Below, one piece after another: positions 14,347 to 25,199 of a stretch of DNA of 64,000 bases (position 1 is its first letter; every line of letters starts with the position of its first letter). The translations under genes and the position numbers were made by a program. Below the pieces are notes generated by a model. That model saw nothing but the letters and a program-made list of their open reading frames with translations. It did no database searches and was not told the DNA's origin. The DNA is from Trichosphaerium sp. ATCC 40318. Its lineage: Eukaryota > Protista > Tubulinea. Where the stretch lies: assembly GCA_038496445.1 (NCBI GenBank), contig JALMLS010000097.1, positions 157,762 through 221,761 on the forward strand, given 5' to 3'.

Positions 14347-14603
14347 ACTGGCATACGTTACTCACTTTGGTGTAAGTAACTAAGTTCAGAATAAAATAAA
14401 GAGCCGTTTGTTTTAACGATTATTAACGAACGATGTATTTATGATAGCAATAAATAAAGTGGTTTATTCGCTGTGTTTTTGTAGTGTGTGTTAGTTTGAG
14501 TGGTCTTTGAAGGGTGGGTGGTTTAGATTAAATAAGGGTGGGTGGCGTCCAATACATGATTGGACAATAAATACGACCCCTAACGAGAACAAAAACGCAA
14601 CGT

Positions 14604-15949
14604 TTACGCTTTGGAAAGACGTTTCCTTTTGCGTTGGTTGGTCGAGCGCCTCTCAGCCATATAACGATTTCTTTCAGCTCTAGAGTGTACGTGTGAGCGA
14701 ATGAGCAAAAAGTAGAGAGCCCGTGGCATTTAGAGACGAGCAGTAGAGTGGTTGGTTACATACCTTGGAAAACCATGCTGATTGACATTCGACCAAATGG
14801 AGAAAGGCGCTGATTTTAGTGTGTGTACAGGTTTACCATTGACGTTGAGTGTGTACGTCAGGTGAAATATAAAGCCTAAAGAAGTGAACATTGTGAGCAT
14901 AACTGCGTTGTCTTTTGGATTAAAATTCTACCTTTTGTGCGGCCAGCCAGTGAGGCTTGAGATATTTTAAGGGAAGGCAAGCTAATCCGTGCTTCGCCTT
15001 TAGACTAGAAGCCAAATGTCAGTGAGAGCCCGCCGCAGCACAAGCAAGAAAATATTTTCCAGAAAAAAACCAAATGCGCAATAACGCGGCCAATGTACGA
15101 TTTAAAAAGTTGATACGATATACGCACCATTACTGGAATAGCAATCAAAAAGATATTGTTATCGCGTTCATCCCTGCCCATTTGTTTGTCACAAACCAGG
15201 TGAACGGTGATGTTGTCAGAACACCGCAATAATTCTTTTCCCTAACGTTATAATAATGAGTACAAGGCCTACAATATTAAAAAAAGAGAAAGTAATTGCG
15301 TTCTTTTGGGGCGGCATGTGGGGTTTAACCGATGATGAAAACCGTCACTGGCTCCTGTAACTAGGTTGTGGTGGTTATTAAATACGTACTTGAATTGATA
15401 TAACGTTAGCTGGGAGTATGTTGAATTCCTTGACTTGGTGTTCGCTAGGCCCAACTTCCAAACTCAGCCTACAGCCGTTCGTTAACATTCCAGAACCAAC
15501 CGTTTAAGAAGTTATATTTTCTTGATTGTACCTGGGAGTTGGTTCAATGTACTGAGCTTGGCTCTCAACTTCCAAGTCTTCTTTAGACTCAGTGTCTTCA
15601 TCGTAGCGTGGTGTAGCAGTTGGCACGGTCACACCTGGATAATACTACAAACAGGTTGAGAATTGTGGAAATCAGTTTGGTCTCGTAAATTAACGGAATT
15701 ACGAAGCCCATAGCGCACCTGTTTGCATGAGGTGTTCATTCGCGGTTGTACGTTGGCGTACTGAATAGCGGAGTTGAAAGTGTATCGTAGTGGCGCGTCG
15801 TACGGTAAACCACCGTTGTGGGCCTCAATGAATTGGGGTTGCGTGGGATCTGGATAAATGTGTAAATTCGCGCTAAATCGATCTAATTGTTGTACCACGA
15901 TGAATTTGCCAGTTGTCGTAATAAACTGGGGCGTGTTGAGGTGCGACAT
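14604..15949 (-). CDS. Putative Ig-fold (CudA/STAT/velvet-like) DNA-binding protein with C-terminal basic NLS
   Basis: Spliced exons LSLEVGPSEHQVKEFNILPANVISIQ, ARISLPSLKIS, FIFHLTYTL...KSAPFSIWSNVNQ, ending QRKRKRLSKA*. Confidence 0.45.
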
Positions 15950-16355
15950 AGCGCGAGAATTGTGCATAGACAGGGCCGTCGTACTGATTCATTCTTGGTT
16001 TGTACATTAGCCAAGGGTGACGTCTCTGGAGTTAAATAAATAATATGAGTTCTGTTCACTGACGTTTGAAATATTTTGAACTTAAAAAAACAACATTTCT
16101 TCTACACTACGCCACCATGGTATTACTGAGCTTGCACTAAATCATTGCAGTGCAAAACTATAAAAATAAATTATCGGAATTTGTAGTTTTCTGGTTTTCT
16201 TGAGGTTCTTTCTTAAGCTAACGAACATAGAACCGAAAACGCACAAGCCACACTTGGTTTAGGGCGAGAAAAAAATGAGCTTGGTTAGAAAGGTAGGTGG
16301 TATTTTGGAGGTTGTTGTTACAAGGTTTGTGTTTTGTTTTCTTCAAAAGTTCGCG

Positions 16356-17646
16356 CTATACATGCTCCATTGCTACAACAACGGTTTTGTTTTTGCGTTT
16401 TTTAGCTATGAGTGAGTGCTTTGCAGCGGCGTGTTGTGCCTTATCTTGTTTCTCCAAGTACTCCTTACGGTGCAATATCGCGTACACCCAACAAACAGTG
16501 CACATGCTGACAATAAGGATGCCGAGTGCCACTGCCGAAGCAATTGCACCTTCAATTGGACCTTTATCAATCACTACACTTGGCAGTTAGTAAAAAATGC
16601 CTATGAATAAATGCTCTTGGAATGAATGGTAGTATTTTGTGTACCTTCTGCCGGGCAATTGGGTTGACCTTGACGTCAACATGTCAGTAACAAAACCAAT
16701 ACAAAATTGTAATTTACAAAGAACGAATGGGTGTCATTTCGTGGGGGGGCAGTACCTGGTGATGGTGCACATATGCCAACGCTGTTATTTGTGCTGAAGT
16801 AAGAGATGCTCGCATACGACACGTTTTCGTGTGTAGCTATAGCGGTGGTTAGTAGTGTGTCCACAAAGGTAGTTAATCGATAAAAATGCAACAGCAAAAA
16901 AGACTACGCACGCGTTGTGGCTATTTTTGAGTTGTTGTAGCACGGCCACGTGTTTTCTAAGGTCCCGAAAGATAATCCGGCCAGAACGTCGGATGTATTT
17001 GCTGTTCTGACCAATACAACGCAAGCACTTTCTCCTAAGCCATGGACGTCCGTTGGGTATTTAAACAGTGACACCCTAGGGCCTACTGTGGCTAATTTTG
17101 GTCAGTGGGCCAGTAAAAGCCAGGAGCATTTGATGGTGAGGGTGTTGACGTACCAAACCCGTTTTGCGCTGTAATGCGTTCCAATCGCTTTTTTTCGCGT
17201 GTAGATAGGTCTAATTCACCTTCAGCCGCTGGCTCTTCCTCTACAGGGTCAGATCTCTTTGATGACGAGCGTGACGCGTTATCAGGAACGACTAGTCTTA
17301 CGGTTGCTGTAGCATCTCCAGCAATGCTGGTATTGCCATGGAGCAACAAGAAGTGCGTTACATTTGCCGTTGGGGGGAGTTCTACTCCCCACTCCTCGTG
17401 CATAGTTTCGTCGTATGTGGTGTACACATGGACGCGTAACGATTCATTCAGTGCGTTGTTAACTACAGTTACTTCAATAAATTCGTTTTCAACCGGGCCA
17501 TTGTCGATTTCGCTAATGTACGCAATGCCAGAAAGCGTAAATGGATCAGAGGTGTCGCTTGCCCAAACACACAAAACCTAAACGTGTTAATAACTGTAAC
17601 AACGTACTAAACATACCAGCAATGATAAAACGTAGTACATTGACAT
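16356..17646 (-). CDS. Hypothetical type I membrane glycoprotein
   Basis: Signal peptide (MSMYYVLSLLVLCVWA), many N-x-S/T sites, one transmembrane segment (AIASAVALGILIVSMCTVCWVYAIL) and a basic cytosolic tail. Confidence 0.7.
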
Positions 17647-17780
17647 TGCAGCGTTTGTGGCAAATGAATACAAATACTCTTTTTTTTTCAATTAAAGTCT
17701 CACCTTAAATAATTCAGTGAAATCAACTAAAATGCCTAATGGTGTCAAGCATACAAACCCCCACAGTACTGGAATCGGGA

Positions 17781-17977
17781 TTTTGACCCGTACTAAACCC
17801 GTACAGAACCCGTACTTTTGACCCGTACTTAACCCGTACGGGTTCCGTACTTTTGACCCGTACAAAACCCGTACAGAACCCGTACTTTTGACCCGTACTT
17901 AACCCGTACAGGTTCCATATTGTTGTCCCGTACTCTACCCGTACGGGTTATGTACGGAATCCGTACGGGTAGAGTAC
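17781..17977. repeat. Tandem array of (A)CCCGTAC units, 35-bp monomer / 70-bp dimer
   Basis: ttttgacccgtac-taaacccgtac-(ggaacc|gggtt)cgtac periodicity. Confidence 0.9.
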
Positions 17978-18654
17978 AATTAAATAGTATGAAAAATTGT
18001 AATTATTGGATACAGAATATACTCCTTTTTTTTCCATACAATGTATGTGTACACATATATCACATGTGTGCCAAAACCACAACCATCAGTATATACTTGC
18101 AATCAAAAAAAAAATTTGGCCATCAAATTTTGTTTGGATTTGGCAATCAAAAAATCCAAAAAAAAATTACTGCAATTAAATGGCAGCTTGTAATCGTAAG
18201 GTACAAAAACATGTATTATTAATAGATGAGGGTGTTTTAAGGTTATTAGGGCATTTACTTAAAAAGTAGAGGAGAAAACTTAATAAAGTGCAAAATGTAG
18301 CTTTTTGCTGAATTTTGTTGTTTTATTGAATAACTTTGGTCTGACTGTACGAACTGCTCAGAAAATGTAGCATTAGGTATATTTAGGTACGATGCATGGT
18401 TTCATGATGGTTTGGGGATCAGCTCACCATTTTTAGGCAAAAACGACAGAAAATATGTATTTGGAGTAGTTTAAGGCTATTATGGCCTAATAGCTCTATT
18501 AAACCACTTTTTAAAGGCGATTATGGGTTTCAAGCATTTTTCTGAAATAGTCGTTAAGTTGTGGATATTAAGTTGGGTTTTAGGACAATTAAGGCATGAT
18601 GTCTAAAATATCTCCTCAAACAGGTCAAAAACATGGTCGTTTAGTGGTAATGGG

Positions 18655-18700
18655 GTTGTAATGTAATGTAATGTATTGTAATGTAAATGTACTTGTAATA
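18655..18700. repeat. Short degenerate (GTAAT)n microsatellite
   Basis: gtaatgtaatgtaatgtattgtaatgtaaatgtacttgtaat. Confidence 0.7.
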
Positions 18701-18770
18701 GTTAAGAAAACAATAAACCAATCCATCGTTTTTACTATTTTGTGTACACAATTATAACTGCCGACACATA

Positions 18771-19051
18771 TTTTGACCTGTACCTAACCCGTACGGGTTC
18801 CGTACTTTTGACCCGTACAAAACCCGTACGGAACCCGTACTTTTGACCCGTACTCTATCCGTACGGAACCCGTACTTTTGACCCGTACTCAACCCGTATG
18901 GAACCTGTACTTTTGACCCGTACTCTACCCGTACGGGTTCCGTACTTTTGACCCGGATTAAACCCGTACGTAACCCGTACTTCCGACTCGTACAAAACCC
19001 GTACGGGATCCGTACTTTTTGACCCGTACTCTACCCGTACATTATCCGTAC
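18771..19051. repeat. Second CCCGTAC tandem array, same orientation as the first
   Basis: About 8 copies of the 35-bp unit, several with CG>TG variants. Confidence 0.9.
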
Positions 19052-19132
19052 TCCCGATTTTACTACTGCATAGAACTTTAAGTTAAATATTTATTGAGCT
19101 GTTTTTGTTCTCACTATGCAACAAACATATGA

Positions 19133-19173
19133 CAGTATTGGAATTGGAATTTTGACCTGTACTCTACCCATAC
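19133..19173 (+). mobile_element. Decayed terminal fragment of the same TIR family
   Basis: cagtattggaattggaattttgacctgtactctacccatac aligns to the element end at 17764; all its CpGs are changed to TpG or CpA. Confidence 0.7.
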
Positions 19174-19360
19174 ATACAGGATGTAAAGACAGGGCTGAAA
19201 CTCAGCAAGGCATTTTCATCAACTAATGCCTAGTTTTTGCATTCAAAAGGCAAATACAGGCACTTATATTTGATGAAAAATGCTTGCATTTGGTATATTT
19301 TAAGTAAATTTTATTGGAAAAAAAAAATATGCCTTCAAATAAGCCATAACTCATGCAAAA

Positions 19361-19780
19361 GGCTTTTTTAACCAATTGAAGTGTGCAATAACTCTCCAAT
19401 GGATTAGTATTTCTATCACTCTCATCTTGTTGTTACTAATAGTTAGACTAGTTAATGGTTGGTGTGCTGTGGGCTGGTTGGAATGACAAACTCTTTACTA
19501 ATAAGGAAAAACAAATTCATATAGAGAATTCTCAATGTGAATAACTACCAAATAAAAACAAATTTATAAAAGTTGGATGTTATTGGAATTTATTTGGATG
19601 GCTGATTTTAAGGATATATGGGACAATTGGAGAGTTGGTTTACCACCATCTGATTTTCCCTTCTTTACCTTCTATCAACCCCCAAAATACTTATATTAAC
19701 AAACAGCTTAGTGCACTAACCCACCCAAATGTAGGTCAAGTAGACAAAGACATAAACTATTATTCATAAAAAAGCTCAGA
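19361..19780 (+). repeat. Old dispersed repeat, copy 1 (decayed TE relic)
   Basis: Diverged direct match to 20903-21445 (shared blocks such as tagttagactagtt...ggtgtgctgtgggc, aattctcaatgtga and aaagctcag). Confidence 0.7.
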
Positions 19781-19961
19781 CAAATGTGATGCAGATCTCT
19801 ATTTTGAGCTATGAAACATATGTAAAAAAAAGCACAAGTGGTTATTTTCATCCACAACACAATAAACCTCCTTTTTTATTAAAAAAAAAAGCATAACTCT
19901 AGCATCAATGCCTTATTTTGAAGGCAAAAAGACATCATTGTCATAAAGTACTGTAATCAGG

Positions 19962-20636
19962 ACCTAATGCTACATTTTCTGAGCAGTTCGTACAGTCAGA
20001 CCAAAGTTATTCAATAAAACAACAAAATTCAGCAAAAAGCTACATTTTGCACTTTATTAAGTTTTCTCCTCTACTTTTTAAGTAAATGCCCTAATAACCT
20101 TAAAACACCCTCATCTATTAATAATACATGTTTTTGTACCTTACGATTACAAGCTGCCATTTAATTGCAGTAATTTTTTTTTGGATTTTTTGATTGCCAA
20201 ATCCAAACAAAATTTGATGGCCAAATTTTTTTTTTGATTGCAAGTGTATACTGATGGTTGTGGTTTTGGCACACATGTGATATATGTGTACACATACATT
20301 GTATGGAAAAAGAGGAGTATATTCTGTATCCAATTTTTCATATTATTTAATTGTACTCTACCCGTACGGATCCCGTATGTAACCCGTACGGGTAGAGTAC
20401 GGGTCAACAATACGGAACCCGTACGGGTTAAGTACGGGTCAAAAGTACGGGTTCCGTACGGGTTTAGTACGGGTCAAAAGTACGGAACCCGTACGGGTTA
20501 AGTACGGGTCAAAAGTACGGGTTCCGTACGGGTTTAGTACGGGTCAAAAGTACGGAACCCGTACGGGTTAAGTACGGGTCAAAAGTACGGGTTCCGTACG
20601 GGTTTAGTACGGGTCAAAATCCCGATTCCAGTACTG
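19962..20636 (-). mobile_element. Inverted, truncated copy of the CCCGTAC TIR element
   Basis: Near-identical reverse complement of 17764-18378. Ends ccagtactg|ta. Carries three near-perfect 70-bp units (20411-20620) versus two in the first copy. Confidence 0.9.
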
Positions 20637-20902
20637 TATACAATATACGGATTTTCATTTGGTAAAAAAAGTATTTGAACTTTACAAACATGGGTAGCAG
20701 TTTGTACCTTAGTATTTAAAGCATAGCTTTTGTCATAGTTTGCCTTTGATTTATGTTCACGTTTATACCAAAGCCATTTGCTAAAACAGACACTTGTTTG
20801 ATAAGGACAGGTTTGGTTCCAAAAGAATAAAATTCTACAAAAAACTTCATTAAGCCCATGGTCACCAAACAATATTCTTTTGAAGTATAAGTGTGAACAC
20901 TC

Positions 20903-21445
20903 TGGCTTTCTTAACCAAGTGAAGCGTGCAACAACTCCCTAGTGGAATAATATTTCTGTCACTCTCACCTTACTATTGCTAGTAGTTAGACTAGTTTATG
21001 GTGTGCTGTGGGCAACAAAATCTACAATTTTCATAGCCAAAAGCTGGCTTTGCACAGTTAGCCTGTAATGTGAAAATCCCACCTACTCACATGTAAAGTG
21101 TCTGATATTGTCAAACAACACATTCAAACCAGATCAACCTCTTATTCTTCAAAAAATGATCAATCTAGGTTGGAAAGTCAAGTTTTATTCTGCATCAACA
21201 AAATATATTGGTGGCTCAATATTGATAATTCTCAATGTGAGGAATACCTTGATGAAAAGTTTATTCAAGTTTGTATGTAAAGTTACATGGAAAGATTGGG
21301 GTGTTGGATTACTACTCCTGCCAGATCCTCCTCCTTTACCATCTTCACCAAAAAACTTGTATATTAAGTCTATTACATACTAACTCCTAACAAGTAAAAC
21401 CTAAAAGAAAAAACATGGCTACTACTCAAACTATGAAAGCTCAGC
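20903..21445 (+). repeat. Old dispersed repeat, copy 2 (decayed TE relic)
   Basis: Diverged direct match to 19361-19780. Confidence 0.7.
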
Positions 21446-21699
21446 CTTTTTGCCAATCTTGCCTTATCATAAACTTAAACAAGAACTTACCTAATTAGGC
21501 AAAAATCTCTAATCCAATAATTGTCTAAATGCTTGAATCCAGTACATAAACAAGGCATTTAATCCTCCAAATGCTGAGCATAAATCAAGCATTATTCAGG
21601 TATAATGCAGGCATAAAATAAGGCATCAAACTTGTATTTGTGATACAACATTAACAATTAAAAAACAAAAGTTCCAAAGTATTGTTGTAATTGTGATCA

Positions 21700-23550
21700 C
21701 CTTTGTATTACATGTAGTTTGCCTTTGCCATGTATATAAGTGTATTTGGGTGCTGCGGTTCGAATGAGCTAGGTTTCATTAGAAAGCTTAGATTCCCACA
21801 AATCTGAATATAAAGTATCAACTCTGGTATGTCTGGACCATAAAGAGGCTTTGAAGTTGTTGGCAATGGTGGATATATCAGGAATGGACAAACCACCTAA
21901 TTGGAAGGGTAAGCAAGTACAAGCTCCTAAAAAAGACCTATAAGTATGAGTACTGTTATATACTTTAGCAACATTATTTATACTATCATAATACCCATAA
22001 AATAGAAACCAATTGACTATATTCCGCCATTGTTTATCAATGAAGGGAGGTATAGTCAATGGCCTAGCAAAATATAATATTTGTGATTGTGCATCCCCAC
22101 ATAAACGATACCCAGTTTATATCAACCAACTTCATGTTTTTGCCATTTTACCTTACTTTAACAGTTTTGTTGGAAACAACACCATTAATCCTCTGCCACT
22201 TGACTTTGAAGCTGGTTGACTACAGCTTCAGCAATATTTTTGGAAACACCAATATGCATGAGAACAAGTATTAGTACATTGTGAGCACAACTATCAAAAG
22301 CCTTTTTGTTGTCTAATGGACACAAAGAAAGTGGGGTGCATGATTTTTGGAGTGATTCCACAATTTCTAGTGTAGCTATTTGATTATCAACTATGTCTCA
22401 ACTTGGAATAAAACCATTTTGGTTAGAACTGATAATGTTGGGTAGAAATTTAAGCATCCTGTTATTGATAACCTTCATAAAAATGTTGTAATCATTATTA
22501 AGTAGGACTATAAGTCTATAATTGTCCAACAGACTGGGATCACCTTTTTTGTAAAAAGAACATATAATGCCTCTTCCAAACCACTCATGGGGATTGCCAT
22601 CAATAATGTCATTAAAAAGAGGACTTAAATGAGCAATGGATTGACTTAAGTCTTTATAAAGACACATTCCCACACCATTTGGGCCAGGAGCTTTGTTGGA
22701 TGGCATGCTTTTTATAGCAGTAAGTATTTCTTTAATTGTAATAGTAGCTGACATATTGGTGGAAATTTTGTCTTTGCAGTATACTTAGGAATTCATTCAT
22801 GGCACCTTCATTACCCAAGGAGCATACAAGTTTTTTTTGTAATAAAGAAGGCCTTTGTTGAGCATACTTGAGAGTCTTGCATCATTGGGATGGTTTTCAG
22901 AACGTCTTAACTCCTTAATCTGCTGTGAGGCTTGTTTGCCCTTCATACCTTAGTGAGATAGGGCAAGAGTGTCTCTTCGTTAGTAACACGCCAAAATTTA
23001 TTGCACGACTTTAAAAACAATTTTTGGTTTTGCTTGACATTGCTGACAAGCACCAGCTTGAGTTCATGATAGTCAGACAGCAATATGTTCATATTATCAA
23101 GTGCATCCTTCAGAACAGGGGATACATGTGACTTTTTCCATGTTACAGGATTAAGTTGCCACAGTTTTCGTTGTTTATAGCGCATTGTAAAGGTAACTAA
23201 AAGTGTACAGTGATCGGCACCTGGTAAACATACCGAGTGGACACATTTAATTTTGGATAACCATTATAGACGAAAGAGTAGTACCCTTAACCTTGTAAAA
23301 AGAAGAGTTGTCTGGAGGAGCTTCATTTAAAGACATAACTTGTAGTGAATTAAGCATATAGAAATATGAGCTTAAGAGCCAATGGCTGTAACAATTTCTT
23401 ATGTCAGACTGGCCATAAATCAGAATCCTGATTACAGTATTGTGTTTTAACAAAGAAACACCATTACATGAAAGTACAATGGCAATAAACCAATGTTTGG
23501 CCTTACATTTGTATTTAAATTGCTCATCATGATTCAATTTGCTTGAAAAG
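21700..23550 (-). pseudogene. Degenerate non-LTR retrotransposon (L1/Tx1-like) ORF2: APE endonuclease end, linker and truncated RT
   Basis: ADHCTL...RKLWQLN (SDH/WKLN equivalent), KAPGPNG, YKKGDPSLLDNYRLIVLLNNDYNIFMKVINNRM and NQNGFIP, interrupted by stops and frameshifts. Confidence 0.88.
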
Positions 23551-23812
23551 GAAAAACAGATGGTTTTTAAAAAACTTAATCACTGGCATAGTTTGGTTCA
23601 AAGTTATATCAAATATATGCTTCAAATGAACCTTATCATGAGAGAACAAGCCACTTCAATGGTTAGAAAACTAACCAAGTTTGAAAGTAATGCAATTTTA
23701 TAGATTTGTCAAAGTAATTAAAAGGATAAATGAAATAATTTTATTAAACAACAAAGGCAAACAGCTACCAACTAATTACACTGAGTAAATAGGTAAAATG
23801 CTTACAGCATCT

Positions 23813-24894
23813 TTACAATACAATACACATCCCACGCTTTTTCCTCTTGCTGTTGAAAAGAACAGATTTAACCTATTGAGAGAAGATGGTTATTTTTAAC
23901 TATAAAGCAATTGGTAGAGTAAATAACGTACTGCCTCATCAAAAACCATTTTCAAATTTTCCTCTGTCTTAGCAGAGCACTCCAAATATTTAACGGCCTT
24001 GATTCGTTTGGCAAGGTCCTCTCCCTTTTGTGTGGTGATTGGGCTGCTGCCGCTTACTTTGAGTTTCTCCAAGGTGGAAGGATCATTGCGTAAATCCAAT
24101 TTAGTGCCCACCAACAAGTATGGCACGTCAGGTGAAAAGTGCATGAGCTCTGGGTACCACTAAACAAAGGGTCACTAAAAAAGGCAATACGATCCCTCCC
24201 TTTACGCGATAATAATAAAAAAACACGGTTTTCGTTTTTTTTGTGCAATTGTGACACACCCACGCGAAAAACGTCATCCCAAACACTTCAACAGCGTACC
24301 TTCTCTTGCACGTTCTCGTGCGATACTGGATTTACGACGGAAAAACAAATGAGAAATACGTTAGCGTTCTATCGCAAAACGTCAGGACATGCATTGAATA
24401 ATAATGTAGTGTGCAATAAACGTACCGCGTACGATAGTGGACGCAATCTATCATATTCCTCTTGACCTATAGAGCAGTTATAGGCCAAATACATACAACA
24501 CCAATTAAATGAGTACCTGCTGTATCCCAGAGACCCAATTCAATCGTCTGATCGCCGGCACTCAAGTTTACTACGTAATTATCGCTACAAACGGTCAACT
24601 GTACGATCGCGTTGCTCAAGGCTTCCAAAAAAAACGAGACAGGCCACAAAACGGATAAAGTGTAACGTACAATACGGTAGGTACCTAAACGTAGATGTTA
24701 GAAACATAGCCAATACATAAGTAAACAGAATAAAAAGTACACGTACATAATCTTCTGGGAAGCGGTTATTTGCGTATGCAATAAGGAGGCAGCTACGCTT
24801 TCAGTAAGGTCACGCAAAAACTATAAAAAAATCCGTACGTCTTTCCTACTGCTCCGTCGCCAACGACAACTAATTTTATGGAGGTTGTTGTCAT
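23813..24894 (-). CDS. racC: Rho-family GTPase, RacC type
   Basis: [80 protein letters not shown], polybasic tail and CAAX box CIVL. Closely resembles Dictyostelium RacC as I recall it. Confidence 0.9.
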
Positions 24895-25199
24895 TTGTGA
24901 GTACTATTGTACAAAGTGCGGTTTTTGTTTTAGGCTAACGAGACCAATCGCGACTGAATAAAATAGAATTTCTCAACTAAATTGCAACTCAGTTTTACTA
25001 ATGCATGCAAAACGAGGAGGTAGTTGTCTCGAAAAATGTTGGTAATACCTTTGAGTAGGATGGGCGCAAGGCACGTTTCACGTGTGTTTTATTTACAATT
25101 GCAATTGAATAACAACAGCTGACAAACAGGTGTTGCAATGGATGCATAATGCACCCATCTATGTATATACATTTTATATTTGCCTGTAGCAAATCTATA

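Larger units (their letters stand above)
17764..19068. mobile_element. Non-autonomous TIR DNA transposon (1305 bp) with subterminal CCCGTAC arrays
   Basis: Imperfect 17-bp TIRs CAGTACTGGAATCGGGA / CAGTAGTAAAATCGGGA (14/17). CA dinucleotide on both flanks (17762-63 and 19069-70). Tandem arrays at ~17781-17977 and ~18771-19051. No coding capacity recognised. Confidence 0.75.

Noticed and set aside
17920-18222. ORFs within the TIR element (also 20118-20501 and 20579-20872)
   Set aside because: They arise from repeat periodicity, differ in frame between copies and show no protein motifs.
17781-20620. CRISPR-like or telomeric array
   Set aside because: There are no unique spacers and no cas genes; the arrays are subterminal parts of a TIR element in eukaryotic DNA.
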